A stretch of DNA of 64,000 nucleotides from Piromyces finnis finn (Eukaryota > Fungi > Neocallimastigomycota), in NCBI GenBank assembly GCA_002104945.1, contig MCFH01000007.1, positions 186,001 to 250,000 on the forward strand, given 5' to 3'. The notes beneath the pieces were generated by a model, which saw only the letters and a list, made by a program, of their open reading frames with translations, did no database searches and had not been told where the DNA came from. Every line of letters starts with the position of its first letter. Position 1 is the first letter of the stretch. Position numbers and translations under genes: made by a program. Shown in pieces: positions 40,501 to 51,835 of the stretch.

Positions 40501-41080
40501 TATTAACGGTAAGATTCAACGTTTCGAAGATCACATTGATACTGATGCTATTATTCCAGCTGAATTCATGCCAGGTACATCCGATGAAGATTTAGGTACT
40601 CACTGTTTCCAATATGTTCGTCCAGAATTCCGTCAAAAGGTTAAGGAAGGTTCTACTGTTGTTGTTGCTGGTGTTGGTTTTGGTAGTGGTTCTTCTCGTG
40701 AAGAAGCTCCAAGAGCTCTTAAGGGTTCTGGTGTTCAATGTGTTATTGCTAAGAGTTACGCTTTCATTTATGGAAGAAACCAATACAACATGGCCTTATA
40801 TGGTATTATTATTAATGATGATGCCTTCTACGAAATTGCCACTGAAGACAAGGAAATCCACATTGATATTGCCAACAGAATCGTTAAGATTGATGGAAAG
40901 ACTTTCCCATTCCAATTAAGTAGTATGGAAGAAAAGCTTATTGAAGGTGGTGGTGTCACTGATCTTTACAGCAAATACAAGAACGAATTATTCAGAGTTA
41001 CTATTAAGCACGCTCTTGAAGCTGATCAAGAAAGAGCTTGCAAGAAGGCTTGCCTTGAAAATGACAACTTAAACTGGTAG
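37518..41080 (+). CDS. LEU2-LEU1: Fusion of 3-isopropylmalate dehydrogenase with an isopropylmalate-isomerase-like dehydratase (large + small subunit), 1082 aa; exons 37518-37686, 37905-38228, 38325-41080
   Basis: IPMDH motifs: [53 protein letters not shown]. These continue with no stop into [25 protein letters not shown] (three Fe-S Cys), [11 protein letters not shown], then the small-subunit motifs IDTDAIIP and FGSGSSRE. Exon sum is 3249 nt = 1083 codons. Confidence 0.95.
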
Positions 41081-41679
41081 ATTGTTTACCTCACAAATTC
41101 GCATAATAAATTAACCCACAAAAATCAAAATTTCATATGAAAGTAATAGTCTAAATTTTATAATATGTTTATTTTTTATATTGAAATACTAAATTAATTT
41201 TATAAACTTTTTAAGTAAGCAATTATTAAATTTAGAAATTGTTATTTTTAAGAATTATAAATTTATATATATTTTTTTTAAATTTTAACTTTTTATTTAT
41301 TTAAAAAATATTAATTATTAAAAAATTTGTTAGAAAAATAGAAAAAAGAATGTTAGAATAAAAAACAATAACATTTATTTGAAAAATTAAATTTTTTAAA
41401 AAATAATTTAGAATATAAATAAGATGAACTAAGAAAACGAAAAGTAAAAAAAAGAAAAAACTAAATATAAGAAAAGCCCTATTTTTAAATAATAAAATAA
41501 AAATCTTATAACTTTATAAAGATTGAAATAATAATAATGCAATAAATTAATTAATAAATAAATAAAAAAAAAAAAAAAAATAAAAAAAGTAGTGAAAAAT
41601 CTCTTATTTTCTTTTTTTTTTTTGAAGTTATTATAATTGTGTCAAATATGTGTGATCTTATTAGATTACATATAATAAT

Positions 41680-42055
41680 TCATGCCTTTTGCTATTGGCC
41701 AGCAATGGTCAATGTTCAAAAGGTTTGAAGCAACATCCAAGAGCGTCAATGCTGAAGAAACAGTAAGACAGGCCAGGAGGGCCAGCGCAACCAATGGAGA
41801 TCATAATTTTGTCCCATGATAAAATTTTGATCTTTGGCTCGGTGTCCCATTGGAAGTCAAATACAATTATTATACTTTAGTATGATAGTGGCTTTCTTAC
41901 TTTAATTAAAATTACTAGAATACATTATACCCAATTTTTATTCATTTGTGTTTATTTAAACATATTTTTTTTTATTTTTATTTTATTTTAATTTTTATAT
42001 TACATGTATTATAATTTTAATTAAATTAATAATAAAGTTTAAAATATTTGATGCC

Positions 42056-42088
<33 letters not shown>
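41680..42088 (+). mobile_element. 5'-truncated LINE 3' fragment with 30-nt poly(A) and 13-bp TSD
   Basis: Near-identical to the element 3' end (tcatgccttttgctattggcc...gatgccgtt(A)n). It is flanked by tacatataataat at 41667-41679 and 42089-42101. Confidence 0.92.
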
Positions 42089-42093
<5 letters not shown>

Positions 42094-42094
42094 A

Positions 42095-42660
42095 TAATAA
42101 TAGTAATAGTTCTAATGATCCAGTGAATATTAATGTGTATGATTATTTTAGTGTGTGAAATAAAATATTTAAATTCCTTCTTGGGGGAAGATGTTTTAAA
42201 AATATCAAATTACAATTCAAGGAATGGAAAGAATTTTGCAAATGTCAGACTTAATTTGGCAATGTAATAGCGGAACTATCATGCATTTTGTTATTGGCCA
42301 GCAATGGTCAATGTTCAAAAGGTTTGAAGCAACATCCAAGAGCTGAAGAAACAGTAAGACAGGCTAGGAGGGCCAGCGCAACCAATGGAGATCATAATTT
42401 TGTTCCATGATGAAATTTTGATCTCTAGCTCTGTGTCCCATTGGAAGTCAAATACAATTATTATACTTTAGTATAATAGTGACTACTTTAATTAAAACTA
42501 CTAGAATATATTATACCCAATTTTTATTCATTTATGTTTATTTAAACATATTTTTTTTTATTTTTATTTTTGTGTTTATTTCTAATTTTGTTTTTTTATA
42601 TCATGTATTATAATTTTAATTAAATCGATAAAGTTTAAAATATTTGATGCCTTTTAAAAT
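42095..42660 (+). mobile_element. Older, decayed 3' fragment of the same LINE family
   Basis: Aligns from atagtaatagttctaat...gtgaatattaatgtgtatgat through the 3' UTR to gatgcc, with stops and internal deletions. Confidence 0.85.
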
Positions 42661-42779
42661 AAATATTAGATTACATTATTAATTTGTGTTAAAAATTTTT
42701 CATTTTTTTTAGGAGTATTCTCACTAATGAAATATCTTAAATGACAGTGATTTTATTTATGAACGAAATTCATTTATTA

Positions 42780-43700
42780 GTTTTTATATTTATAAAAGAG
42801 ATTAAATATTTTGTTTAATGAATTATTAAAGATATTATTTGATTTATTCCTCCCATGTTCCATTACTCTTGGGTCAAAAAATCTTTCCTATTAGATAAGA
42901 AACTTATTAAAGTTGGTATTAGAAAATATTATTGGAAAATCAGTAGCCTTAATAATTGAAGTAAAGCATTTAGATATATTAACAACAAATTTCTTAATTT
43001 AAATCGCTTTATGCTTATTGATATGCTTATTGGTTTCAACATCACTTGAATTTAGGAATTTTTTGGAGATTTTAAAAAAAACTATCAGAATTGCTATTGC
43101 TAATAAATAGAACTATTCCTGACTACCCTCATGACTGCTCATGTTGCGGGTATGAATAATCTTTTCATTATTGGATATTAGAATGTTCTGTATTTTCTGA
43201 GCACAGAACTTTTTCACTTAGTTTTCTAGACGATCTTTTTGCTCTTTTTCATAATAAGTTAAGAATCAATTTATCACTTACTCCCCGAAATAGAAGTAAG
43301 AAAAACTATTTATAATTATATTTTTACTTTCCTTCTTGGTGGAACTTTAACTTATGATGAAGTACAAATCAATAAACCGGAACAAAGACATTTGAATGAA
43401 CAGCTTTATAGTTCATCAGAGTCTTATATTCCATATACAGGGTCTCGCGGCTTTTCTTGCTAAAATAATTCTTATCATAGTTCTATGAAGCTATTTTTTT
43501 GATAGATTTAGTGTGTCAACGTCGTATCGATATGGTAAAAGAACATTCTAAATATTCTGTATACAGATGTTTAATGTTAGTATTTCTTTGAATGAAAACA
43601 TTAAGGACTCATGGAAGAGCTTGGTGGACATCCTATTATCATCTATCATATCTAATGTTACCTCTCTTATATTTTATTTAATTTATTGGGTGGAGACTAA
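42780..43700 (+). mobile_element. Remnant of a related (sister-family) LINE, C-terminal region
   Basis: Translated pieces HYSWVKKSFLLDKKL..KYYWK, DCSCCGY..HYWILEC and TFLLGG parallel YTWCKSSRTLDKKL..NFYWK, YCPCCKC..HWLLDC and KFLLGG of the main element. Confidence 0.65.
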
Positions 43701-43769
43701 TCTCATACATTACAAATTTCGGAGTTCATCAAATTTTTAAGAATTTTAATAATAATTATATTTTATTTT

Positions 43770-44095
43770 ATAATTATATCTTTATATATATTATATTTTA
43801 ATTAAGCTAATATGATAGTAATAAAAGTTTTAAAATATTTACTGCCGTTAAAAAAATAAAAAAAAAAAAGCAAAATCTATCTATACATAGTAATCTATTT
43901 TAATTAAAATTATTTGAGTATAATGTACCCATTATTTATTCATTTATTTTTATTTTTGATTTATTTTAATTTTTAAATAGTATTTATAAAATATATATTA
44001 CAATATTTATTCATTCATGTTAATACATATACATATGTCAGAGTTTTAATTAAGATAACAATGATTTCAAAAATGTTTACTTGTCGCTTAAAAAA
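43770..44095 (+). mobile_element. Two short decayed LINE 3'-UTR/poly(A) remnants
   Basis: aaagttttaaaatatttactgccgttaaaaaa at about 43823-43870, and a second 3'-UTR-like stretch ending gtcgcttaaaaaa at about 44095. Confidence 0.55.
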
Positions 44096-44249
44096 ATAAT
44101 TATATATTTGTGTTTAATTTATTTTATTATAAGTTTATATAATACACAGTTAAAGGTTTCATAATATTTATTATTATAAAAAAATTAGTGAATAATAATG
44201 TGCACAATACAACTGTTATGGTTTATTTGATAGTTTTGTACTCATCTAT

Positions 44250-45420
44250 TATAGGTAATATTTTAATAAGTTATGTTCTTTAATTTATCAAATTTCAAAA
44301 TTAATATTAAATTTTGTTTCTATGCAATTAGTTCTTAATTCATAGATAACTAATAGAATTTCATACCTACTACACCACAACTTTATTTAGTTTTAATAAA
44401 ATATTTAGATTTAAGATATTAAGGAATTTAATGAGTTGTATGTATTTAAAAAGCTATGTTTCCATTTTTATATTCGATTTCAAAGTATTTGATATTCCAT
44501 TATTACCTGTAAAATAAAAATTAGTTTAGATTAGATGTAATGACATGAAAAAAAACTCAATTTATATTATTTTATGTCTAGTCGATTATATTCCTGAACC
44601 TAGAAAATAATATACAGCAAATTGAATGATATTCCTTGTAAAAAAGTCAAGAAACAGAAATGATAAAGTAGCATAAAACTTCTATTTGAAAGATTTCAGA
44701 AGAATGTCAATATATTTGAAGAAGCCAATATATTTCATAATGTTATGTTAGATCATCTAAAGTTTTTATATGGCGTCAACCAACTATTAGCTAAATCCAC
44801 AAAATTAATTTATCTAGTTTGTTCGAATTATCCACGTTATATGCGTATTAAATTAAAAATTTTAATATTAATTATTGATTGTTTCATATTTAGTGATACT
44901 TTATTAAAAGTAGTACTAAATATGAAACATTCAATATTATAATTATCTGGTCCAAATTTTCAATTATCATAGTAAAATACATATAATAGTTTTATTATTA
45001 ATACTAATAATATTAGCAATAGAAATAATGATAACAACAACAACAATAATAATAATAGCATTAGAAATAATAATGATAGTTTAAATAATAATAGAAATGG
45101 TGCTAATAATGTCAAGAAGGATAGTAATTTTGATTCATTTAAATTTGAATAATACCTTTAATTTTAAATAGTAATTTAATTATTTTAATTTGCACAAAAA
45201 ATTATTTAAATTTTTTCTTATAGATAAAAAGTTTTAATAATGTCAATTCAAGGAGGGAATGAAAAGATAAATAATATATAATATCATAGGACAGGTGAAT
45301 ACAAAGAACTTTTATATATATTGGACTATAACTAATATTTTATTATGAATTTCATTCTTTGAATGTTAATGTGCTTATTTTAAATAAAAAACTTCTGCTA
45401 TTGGCCAGTGGTAGGCATTA
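44250..45420 (+). mobile_element. Heavily decayed LINE remnant (post-RT region to C-terminus)
   Basis: Patches match the element: ttagttcttaattcatag..agaatttcatac, ttatgttagatcatctaaagttt..tatggc, an Asn-rich repeat, ttcaaggagggaatgaaaag, ttctgctattggccag. Confidence 0.6.
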
Positions 45421-45445
45421 GCCAATAAATAATATTTGATAAAAC

Positions 45446-45480
<35 letters not shown>

Positions 45481-47462
45481 TATTAATATATGTTTTTATC
45501 TTTTATATAGTAAAAATTATGAGATATGAAGAATATATATATGTATTTAATAGATAATAAAACAATTATTACTAAATAATGCAAAAACAATTGATTAATC
45601 TGAAAAAAAGTCAAAGTTTAATGAAAAAGATGTTAAAAAATTAATATAGTATTTATAATAGTGCGATATTGTTCAATATCAAAAAATAAAAAACAAAAAT
45701 TGTAATATTATTCAATGATAATTATTTATAATTGAATTAATTATTGCATATTATAGTAATGAAGTTCTTATTTTTTTTTTTTAGTAATAGATTTTTAGTA
45801 TTTTTATTTTTTTTGGTACTTTTAGATGAAAATTTTGAATGGTTTTTAATAGTTATGAGATATATTCTTGAAAGATAAAGTGTATATACTACTCATTACA
45901 TAATAAATATTAATAATATCTTAAAAAATTATTGAAAATATTATGCAATTAATACTGATTATATAAAGTAAAAACAAATCAATTACAGAGTAGCTTTTTT
46001 TTTTTTTTAACTATTTATTTGATAAAACTTAAGAAATATCTGAGAAATTATGTTCTCATGTGTTTCTAGTGGAGTAATGAAAATCTTTATGATTTTGAAA
46101 AGCTAATACTCATTTGAAAACTTTAATTTCATATTATAATGTAACTTTATTTTGCATGATAAATATAATAATTTTTATAATTTTTGCATATAAAAGGTTT
46201 TTTAAAAAAAAAGACTAAAAAAAATATTTATACTAATAAGCTATTTTATTTATTATAATATTTTTACTTCGCGTTATTATTTTTCATATACAAAATCTTA
46301 GAACTATGAAATTCTCGAAATATAAATAAAATTATTAATATAAATCTTCTGTATCTTCTTTTTTTGAGATATTTATTTTGATTTTTTAGATTTTGTATTG
46401 CTTAAATACTAAAAGAAATTTAATATATTTAATTAAAAAAAGAAATATAAAGTAAAAACAATATCTAGTAAATAATAGAAACATTAATAATATTTTTTTT
46501 TTTTGTTGAAATAATACGTTTATTTGAAAAAAAAAAAAAAAAAAAAAAAGAGTAGATTTAATAAAATTAATAATTATCTAATTATTTATTTGAATGTCTT
46601 ATTTTAGTAATAATAACATAACTATTATTTCCTAATTATAATACTTCTTTTTGACTTCAATATTGATCCTATTATTTTATTTTTGTTTTAAACTAAAATT
46701 TAAACCAACTTATATATACAATTATTATTATTTTTTTTTAAGATAAAATTGAATAATTGAATATTGAAGTAATAATTATATATAAAATAAGAAAGAAATC
46801 ATTATCATTTATTATATACATTTTATGAAAAATAGAATATAAATAATAAATTTAATAAAAGCCAAAAAAAGGTGACACAATGTAACTCATCCTTAAACTG
46901 AATTAATTATCAATTTCTTTATTATTTTTGTAAATAAAATGTATTTAAATAATTTAAATATTTTCATTCTTTAATGATTAAAACATTTATTATGAAAAAT
47001 TAAAATCAGTAATTTTAAGGATAGTATAAAATCAGAATACTATAGAAATAGTATATTTATCATTTTATATTAATTAAAAAAGCAAATTTTAGTATTTTTG
47101 TTTTTTATTTTTTTTAATTCAGAATATTAAAGCTTCTACAATTGAGAATATTATGTTTTAATTATAAACTCATAAATTAATATATAAAAAATTATAAAAT
47201 AAAATAAAAAAAAATCCACATTCATTTTTTAAATTAAAATATAAATAATTAGCAAAAAGAATAATGAAAAATGAAATAATAAATATTTTTATTTTTTTTG
47301 GTAATTATGCCATTAGGGTTAGATTTAAATCATTGATTAAATTTATTTTATTATAATTTAAAGTTTAAAAATTAAAAAATTTATTTTGATTTATTTAAAA
47401 TATATTAGTATATATATTATTTATTGAAAAATAATTGGTGGCTCATAGTTTTAGAATGTATG

Positions 47463-47472
47463 ATTGGCCAAT
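47463..47472. promoter_or_regulatory. Palindromic double CCAAT box upstream of RPL6
   Basis: Perfect palindrome ATTGGCCAAT about 50 bp upstream of a pyrimidine tract (47521-47542) that precedes the first splice donor. Confidence 0.4.
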
Positions 47473-47570
47473 TTAGGTGAGTTATATTGGAATTGAAGAA
47501 AAAGAAGTGAAGAATGAGTACCTTATTACCTCCTTCTCTTTAGTCATATTTAACGCTATAGTTATAATTG

Positions 47571-47777
47571 GTGAGTGAATGGATGTGTTAATGTTTTATG
47601 AAAATGAATTATTTTATTAATGAATGTGTTGTTTTAATGAATAAATGATGAATTTAATAAAAGTATATATATTATGTAATTTGTGTTTATAAGTAAAGAA
47701 TGATGAATGAATGTATATTAATATGTTATTAAATATATATTATATGTTTTTATAAAATATTAGTGGTTAGATATTAG
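47571..47777 (+). other. Predicted 5'-UTR intron of RPL6
   Basis: Donor G/GTGAGT at 47571, acceptor ATTAG at 47777, two bases before the ATG. Confidence 0.65.
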
Positions 47778-47779
47778 CA

Positions 47780-48699
47780 ATGGCCCACTCTCCACGTAAT
47801 AGCTTTTTGAAACCAGGAATCGCTCGTAAGTCCCGTTCTAAGACTTTCGGTCTTCACGCCCTCTACAAGAAGAACAAGGCCGCTATCGCTGCTGCCAAGC
47901 CAGAAGCTCCAAAGACCATCACCAAGACCGTCGGTGGTGCTAAGAACGGTAACACCAGAGTTGTTCCAGCTGTTAAGGCTCCACGCTTTTACCCAGCTGA
48001 AGACGCTCCAGTTCCAAAGGTTAACCGTAAGACCGTTGGTACCGCTACCCTCCGTAAGTCCATTACTCCAGGTACCGTTCTCATCATCTTAGCCGGTAGA
48101 TTCCGTGGAAAGCGTGTTGTTTTCTTAAAGCAATTAAGTTCTGGATTACTTCTTGTTACTGGTCCATACAAGGTTAACGGTGTTCCACTCCGTCGTGTTA
48201 ACCAAGCTTACGTTGTTGCCACTTCTACTAAGATTGAACTTCCAGCTGTCGCTGAAAACATCGATGACGCTTTCTTCCAAAAGAAGGCTGAAGTAAGTTT
48301 AAAATAATAAACTTGATATTATGTATAAAATGTGATTTAGATAATAGAAAATGTGTGATAGTATGATAAAATACTGTTATAAGCATTCGACAGGATGATA
48401 TAATTAGATACTTTTATGTATAAAAATTCAATATATATATGATAAATATTACAATTGGGAATATAAATTATATCATTAATATATAAGTATATATTAAATA
48501 AGTATGAAATATATTAACAAATTTAAATTTACTAATTTAATAAATATTATAGAAGAAGGATGCCGAAAGAGTTGCTGCCCAAAAGGATGTTGATGACAAG
48601 ATTCTTGCTGTTGTTAAGAAGACTCCTTTATTAAAGGCTTACCTTAACGCCAAGTTCACTCTCACCAAGGGTCAAACTGTTCACAACATGAAGTTCTAA
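47780..48699 (+). CDS. RPL6: 60S ribosomal protein L6 (eL6), 219 aa; exons 47780-48292, 48553-48699
   Basis: [65 protein letters not shown] and C-terminal KTPLLKAYL...MKF. GT-AG intron. Confidence 0.97.
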
Positions 48700-48899
48700 G
48701 CGAATTAAATTAAATTATTTAATGTATCATATAGTATTATGAGTAATAAATAAAACGTAAAAAATATTTATTATTAGTCTGAAGGTTTATTTATTTTTTA
48801 GTTGATTATTGAAATGATCGATGATTGTTATGTTTCAGAATTATTAACAATTCAAATGAAAGATTATAAAATATCATTAAACTATAATAGAAAAGTAAT

Positions 48900-49354
48900 A
48901 ATTTAAACTGCAATACAATTTAAAACGAAGTTCTTTATGATTATTCGAATGATTAATACAATTTAGCAATTAAGTGTTACCATGTATATGAAAGATATGA
49001 TATTTTGTAATAAAGTTTTATAAATAGAATTACATCAGTAATTAGTTATAAAAATGGTGGATCAGAAATATTAAATTGTTAGTTTTTGATAGTAACATTG
49101 TTTTCAAAGGTGGAATATTTATTAAAATAAAAAAAGCGAATTTTGAAGGCAATAATTGCAGTATAAAGTAAAAGATATTTTTTATGTTTTTAGTGGTAAT
49201 AAAAAATGTTAATGAAAGTTAATGAAAATTCTATTAATAATAGTAATATTCCTTTTTAGATAATTTAAATTTTTTGAGTAGTTATGTTAGAAATTTATAT
49301 AATAATTTAGTTAATAGTAATAGTTTTAATAATTCGGTGAATATTAATGAGTAT
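48900..49354 (+). mobile_element. Heavily decayed LINE remnant forming the left edge of the array
   Basis: Ends in aatttagttaatagtaatagttttaataattcggtgaatattaatgagtat, matching the element post-Asn region. The upstream part aligns only patchily, so the left boundary is approximate. Confidence 0.55.
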
Positions 49355-49363
49355 GCTAATGTC

Positions 49364-49390
49364 AAATTAGATGGACAATGTTGCAAGTGT
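49364..49390 (+). repeat. Two stacked target-site duplications
   Basis: aaattagatggacaat (49364-49379) recurs at 51629-51644. aatgttgcaagtgt (49377-49390) recurs at 50664-50677. Each right copy directly follows a poly(A) tail. Confidence 0.9.
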
Positions 49391-50633
49391 TTAGAAAATA
49401 CACGTGGTGCAAATCAAGTAGGACACTTGATAAAAAACTAAAGAAACATGGAGATGTTAAAGCAGTTAAAAACTTTTATTGGAAAGATCTCAAAGGGAAT
49501 TCAATCAAAGCGCAATATTATGATGATAATAAATTTATTGAAACTAAAGATTTTATTAAATTATGTTATGAATACCCAGAGTTTGCCTATGGCTTCTACT
49601 GGCTATTGAAAGCAAGAAGCGGATATAAGTTGGATGCTAGAGTTGCCAAAGCTGCTAAATTTGTTGATCCAATTTGTCCTAACTACTGTCCATGTTGCAA
49701 GTGTGGTGTTCAAAGTATTAAACATTGGTTATTAGATTGTCCAACATTTAGAGATATCCGTATTAAACATTATGATTCCATAGTCCAGCTATTAAATTTT
49801 TTCAGTCAACGTAATTCCAATAGTCCTATCAATAATAATGAAATTGATAATGTCAGTAGAGATAGCAATAACAGTAATAGTAATAGTAACAATAATAATA
49901 ATAACAATAGTAATAATAACAATAGTAGTAATAGTAATAATAGAAATAGTAATAATAACAATAGTAGTAATAGAAATAATAATATTAATAATGATAGCAA
50001 TAGTGAAGATAATAATTCTAATTTAGATAGTAATTTAGTTAATGATAGTAATAGTTCTAATAATCCGGTGAATATTAATGTGTATGATTATTCTAGTGTG
50101 TGCAGTAAAATATTTAAATTCCTTCTTGGGGGAAGAAGTTTTAACAATATTAATTACAATTCAAGGGAATGGAAAGAACTTTGTAAGCGTCAGATTCAAT
50201 CTGGTACTAATGAAGGAACACCATTCTTGACGGTAACCGCGGAACTTCTAACCAAAATCATGCCTTTTGCTATTGGCCAGCAATGGTCAATGTTCAAAAG
50301 GTTTGAAGCAACATCCAAGAGCGTCAATGCTGAAGAAACAGTAAGACAGGCCAGGAGGGCCAGCGCAACCAATGGAGATCATAATTTTGTCCCATGATAA
50401 AATTTTGATCTTTGGCTCGGTGTCCCATTGGAAGTCAAATACAATTATTATACTTTAGTATGATAGTGGCTTTCTTACTTTAATTAAAATTACTAGAATA
50501 CATTATACCCAGTTTTTATTCATTTGTGTTTATTTAAACATATTTTTTTTATTTTTATTTTTATTTTTAATTTTTTATTACATGTATTATAATTTTAATT
50601 AAATTAATAATAAAGTTTAAAATATTTGATGCC

Positions 50634-50665
<32 letters not shown>
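49391..50665 (+). mobile_element. 5'-truncated LINE copy A (youngest of the nest), intact C-terminal frame, 29-nt poly(A)
   Basis: Starts at ttagaaaatacacg, encodes the CCHC knuckle, Asn-rich tract and C-terminus (ORF 49378-50397), and ends gatgccgtt(A)n at 50637-50665. Confidence 0.95.
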
Positions 50666-50667
<2 letters not shown>

Positions 50668-51582
50668 TTGCAAGTGTGGAGATCAAAGTATTAAACATTG
50701 GTTATTAGATTGTCCAACATTTAGAGATATCCGTATTAAACATTATGATTCCATAGTCCAGCTACTAAATTTTTTCAGTCAACGTAATTCTAATAGTCCT
50801 ATCAATAATAATGAAAATGTTAATATCAGTAGAGATAGCAATAACATTAATAGTAATAGTAACAATAGTTGTAATAACAATAGTAATAGTAACAATAGTA
50901 ATAATAACAATAGTAGTAATAGAAATAATAATATTAGTAATGATAGCAATAGTGAAGATAATAATTCTAAATTAGATAGTAATTTAGTTAATGATAGTAA
51001 TAGTTCTAATAATCCGGTGAATATTAATGTGTATGATTATTCTAGTGTGTGCAGTAAAATATTTAAATTCCTTCTTGGGGGAAGAAGTTTTAACAATATT
51101 AATTACAATTCAAGGGAATGGAAAGAACTTTGTAAGCGTCAGATTCAATCTGGTACTAACGAAGGAACACCATTCTTGACGGTAACCGCGGAACTTCTAA
51201 CCAAAATCATGCCTTTTGCTATTGGCCAGCAATGGTCAATGTTCAAAAGGTTTGAAGCAACATCCAAGAGCGTCAATGCTGAAGAAACAGTAAGACAGGC
51301 CAGGAGGGCCAGCGCAACCAATGGAGATCATAATTTTGTTCCATGACAAAATTTTGATCTTTGGCTCGGTGTCCCATTGGAAGTCAAATACAATTATTAT
51401 ACTTTAGTATGATAGTGGCTTTCTTACTTTAATTAAAATTACTAGAATACATTATACCCAATTTTTATTCATTTGTGTTTATTTAAACATATTTTTTTTT
51501 ATTTTTATTTTATTTTAATTTTTATATTACATGTATTATAATTTTAATTAAATTAATAATAAAGTTTAAAATATTTGATGCC

Positions 51583-51631
<49 letters not shown>
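50666..51631 (+). mobile_element. 5'-truncated LINE copy B with 46-nt poly(A)
   Basis: Starts at tgttgcaagtgt within the zinc knuckle, has a shorter Asn tract, includes ORF 51017-51346, and has poly(A) at 51586-51631. Confidence 0.95.
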
Positions 51632-51633
<2 letters not shown>

Positions 51634-51835
51634 AGATGGACAATTCTCGAAATCTTTTGATGTGAAGAGAGGAGTCCGTCAAGGTTGCCTACTTTCTCCT
51701 ATTCTCTTTAATCTCTTTATTAATGATATATTTAAAGAGTGCGAAGATCTAGGAGTCAGTTTAGGTGACACTCAATGCTGTGGTGGACTTTTTGCAGATG
51801 ATATAGTTATTTGTGCTCCAACAAGAGGATGCTTA
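51632..51835 (+). mobile_element. Left piece of LINE copy C (RT motifs GVRQG to FADD); its first bases lie at 49355-49379
   Basis: Collinear with 55347-55550 of the full-length copy (6 mismatches in about 205 bp). It breaks off at ggatgctta. Confidence 0.9.

Noticed and set aside
48293-48552. Possible snoRNA or missing micro-exon in the RPL6 intron
   Set aside because: No paired C (RUGAUGA) and D (CUGA) boxes with a terminal stem, and no in-frame AG...GT exon encoding an eL6-like segment.
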